Below are positions 61,401 through 64,000 of a stretch of 64,000 nt of DNA, one piece after another (position 1 is the stretch's first letter; each line of letters opens with the position of its first letter). This DNA comes from Phoronis australis. Taxonomy: Eukaryota; Animalia; Phoronida. Position numbers and translations under genes: made by a program. The stretch lies in NCBI GenBank assembly GCA_002633005.1, contig NMRA01000025.1, forward strand, positions 69,757 through 133,756. Reading direction: 5' to 3'. The notes beneath the pieces were generated by a model. It was not told the DNA's origin, ran no database searches, and saw nothing but the letters and a program-made list of their open reading frames with translations.

Positions 61401-62232
61401 AACACCAATCCCGTATTGACAACCATCTCCCTAGTGCCATATCAAAGTCCCGTGGTGGCACTCATAACCCTGCACGACTCTTTGTTGGTCAGCTGGTATT
61501 CCTAAAGGGTGATCGCGACAAGTCTAAGGCCCGCGAGAAGTACCTCGTTACGAAGCGTGTCTAAAAGAATGGTGTGAGCTGCGTAAGTTCACTCGCTCAC
61601 AGTTCCGCAGTAAAACTTACACTGTACGTGTGTCAGACTGCTTCCCTGTGTCTTCCACGACTTCGAATCCTAAGTTGTTTGCCTCAGCTCAGCTAGATGC
61701 CTCTGCTGACGATGACCTAATGTCTAGCCCTACTGGCCACGACCCCTACGATCTTCGTGTTCATGGTCCCCGGGGGATTACCTGCTCGAGGTACCGATCA
61801 CACCCCCTCCATTGCCGGAGGTGATAACTACTCCTCCTCTACCTGAACCGACCCTTGATACCGGAGCAGCCGATCCAGCGGCTGATATCCCTCAGCTTTC
61901 TGAGGAGAAAGATGTGCTTTGCTCCGACGCCGTTGCGCAGGATGCCACCACATTACGGCGCTCTCATAGCAACCGCAAACCCCCCGCGTGGCAGGATAGT
62001 GATTGGATTATGGAGTAGCACCAGTGGACCGTGTACTCATTCCTTAAGTTTCTGTTTCCTTGGCAGATAAGACGGAGACATCAGACAGAGAGTATGCTTA
62101 GTTATAAGTGTTTATTACCTTGTTGTTTCAACTTTATTACGGTTTAACGTTGTTCGAGCTACTGTACTCCTTAGGCTTACTTTAAGTCGTGTATCGTTCT
62201 TTAGCTTCCATTGTACCCAGAGGAGAGGAAAG

Positions 62233-62384
62233 TGATTACGCCATTGTGTTCGTTAAGGTTTTTTCCCCGGACCAGGTCTCGGTTTCCGGTTTCTGTCGAT
62301 TCGCAGTGTTCGTCAATAAACGCTAGCAAACCTTGTTTTCTTTAACTTACTGTCGATGGAAGAGATTTCCAAGGTTACATATCA
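62233..62384 (+). repeat. Putative 3' LTR of element 2
   Basis: Starts TGAT right after the PPT, with AATAAA at 62315-20. A possible ATCA end is at 62381-84 (end uncertain). Confidence 0.6.
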
Positions 62385-64000
62385 GTACTCCTAAGGTTCA
62401 TTATTGCGAAACCACGTTCACAACTCCGGGAGTTTACTACTCTGAATGTCTGCTAATGAGATGGAACTGATATTAATAATTGTGTCCATTTAGTAACCAT
62501 TTAAAGGGTATGAAAAAGATGAGTAGCTCTTAAAACATTGTTTGCAAATGAGCTCAGTTCCAATCCGATTCACAGTCGCGACTCTTAAATCTCAAACGAC
62601 TCAGCTGACAACATCTCAGTGGCGGCACGAGGACATTTTATTTCACGGTTGCGGCGACTTACGAGCGGCTTTTAATTTGAGAAGACTGGATGTGACTCTC
62701 TGACTTGGTGAAGACTGGCAGTGATAGGATAACTTACTACACGCAGGTTCCGACCTACCCTCTCGCTGGTTCCCCAGCTGCGTGCCGCTAGGTGGTAGCC
62801 AGCAGGTAGGAGGCACTGAACACGCGCTTGCTGTAACCTCGGCAGTCATTGGCGGGTTAGCTTTACAACAAAGTCAGAAAATGGCGGACTGTGAACGATT
62901 TTTAGCTTTGTCATGTAGCGTAGCAGTAACTATTTCGTTTCTGCAGTAACTAATGGGGATGGCTGATTGTTATGACGCCGGTTTCATTACTTTAACCAAT
63001 GAGAAGCCAGATTAAACAACATCAAGACTGCATTACCAGCAATTCGTAAACTAGGTCATCCGCCAGGTTCTCTGCGTAAACTAGGTCATCGCTTATGGAC
63101 CAGTTAGCGCTTCACTCTCCGCGTGTTTACTGGAGAGAAGCACCCAGGAAGGTTGTTCTACATTTTGTAGCCCAAAATTACCAAAGTTCAAATATATTCC
63201 GTTGAAAATGAAAGACAAAACATATCATTACAGATGTCTGACCAATATCGTAAGCAAATCAAAGCTGTCCTTCTTACTCGTTGCCTTATCTCGCACTACC
63301 CGTCAATCGACTAGTTTTCAGTTCGCAATGCAACAATACAATTCACATAAATTCAACTTGTAATGACCCCTTTCAATTTTAAACCATGCCCGAAGTGCTC
63401 GGAAACAAATTATTGTTAGGTACAACGAGGCTTTTTTTTTCTCTGAAGTGGATCGTAAACACCTCAGGTGACTGAGTTTTATGCACATAGCTACTTTGGC
63501 CTAGAGCTGAATTCTTAGCTCCCATACTATGGGCCGGGCCGGTCAAGGGCCAATCCTTGTTGTACGCCCTACTTAACCATTGGAATCAAACTGTTATATA
63601 TAGAGAAAACGTTTATTAGTATACTGGTGTGAATATTATCAGTGATTTAACCAAAAACTTCGAATTAACTAGACCCACTAATGATAGTCTATGACAATAA
63701 ACTGATATCTAAAGGCCAAAATTGGCAATTTTCGGCGACCCCATGTTAAATACAAAATTTTGCCTAATTTTCTTCAAAATTCTACATTTCAATCTTGATT
63801 ATACTGACATCTGTTGGGTCTATCGGCAACTAACCGCACATGAAAGGGTTGGTCGAAAATTATCGTTTTCTCACATGCACTTTCGGGTTTTTAGGCGGCG
63901 ATTCCACTGATCGAAGCGACAAAATAAGCCAAAACTTTGGCCATACCATGTTAAACATAAAATTTTTTCCAATTTTGCTGAAACTTGGCCACGTTCTTAA

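Larger units (their letters stand above)
57495..62384 (+). mobile_element. Degenerate Ty3/Gypsy LTR retrotransposon (element 2), 5'-truncated, order gag-PR-RT-RH-IN
   Basis: gag ([21 protein letters not shown]), protease LDTGA at 58201-15, RT KIADDLY and RNase H IVTDGS. Integrase H-x4-H...C-x2-C (IHLRFGH...CHIC) with FAADI / VDAAPGF / NPVAE core. PPT AGAGGAGAGGAAAG at 62219-32 and LTR starting TGATTACGCC. Many stops and frameshifts. Confidence 0.93.

Noticed and set aside
62643-62849. ORF with a CSVPPTCWLPPS motif in a CpG-rich block
   Set aside because: Possibly a DNA-transposon relic, but I could not establish TIRs, a TSD or a recognisable domain.

Overview
Eukaryotic (animal) genomic DNA, AT-rich and intron-rich; a marine invertebrate is my inference from the transposon types and the adducin sequence. 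Almost all ORFs in the six-frame track are spurious. (1) The main feature is a + strand adducin / hu-li tai shao (hts) gene, which I rebuilt by hand as 19 coding exons (21669-45286, 2361 nt, 786 aa if all are used). It has a class II aldolase-like head, one GC-AG intron, five symmetric phase-1 tail exons and a C-terminal MARCKS-like motif. (2) The first ~21 kb holds no recognisable coding sequence and is probably a long 5' intron or intergenic DNA with old non-autonomous repeats. (3) Several TIR/TSD-bounded DNA transposon derivatives are present, including a TTAA-flanked Kolobok-like element. (4) The first two exons of an unrecognised secreted-protein gene lie at 52911-53788. (5) Two related, decayed Ty3/Gypsy LTR retrotransposons (~54300-62380) carry an atypical [LI]ADD RT motif. 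The first ends in PPT-LTR-PBS and is bracketed by ~75-bp inverted repeats. I found no rRNA, tRNA or CRISPR array and cannot claim a new biological system; the best leads are under findings.
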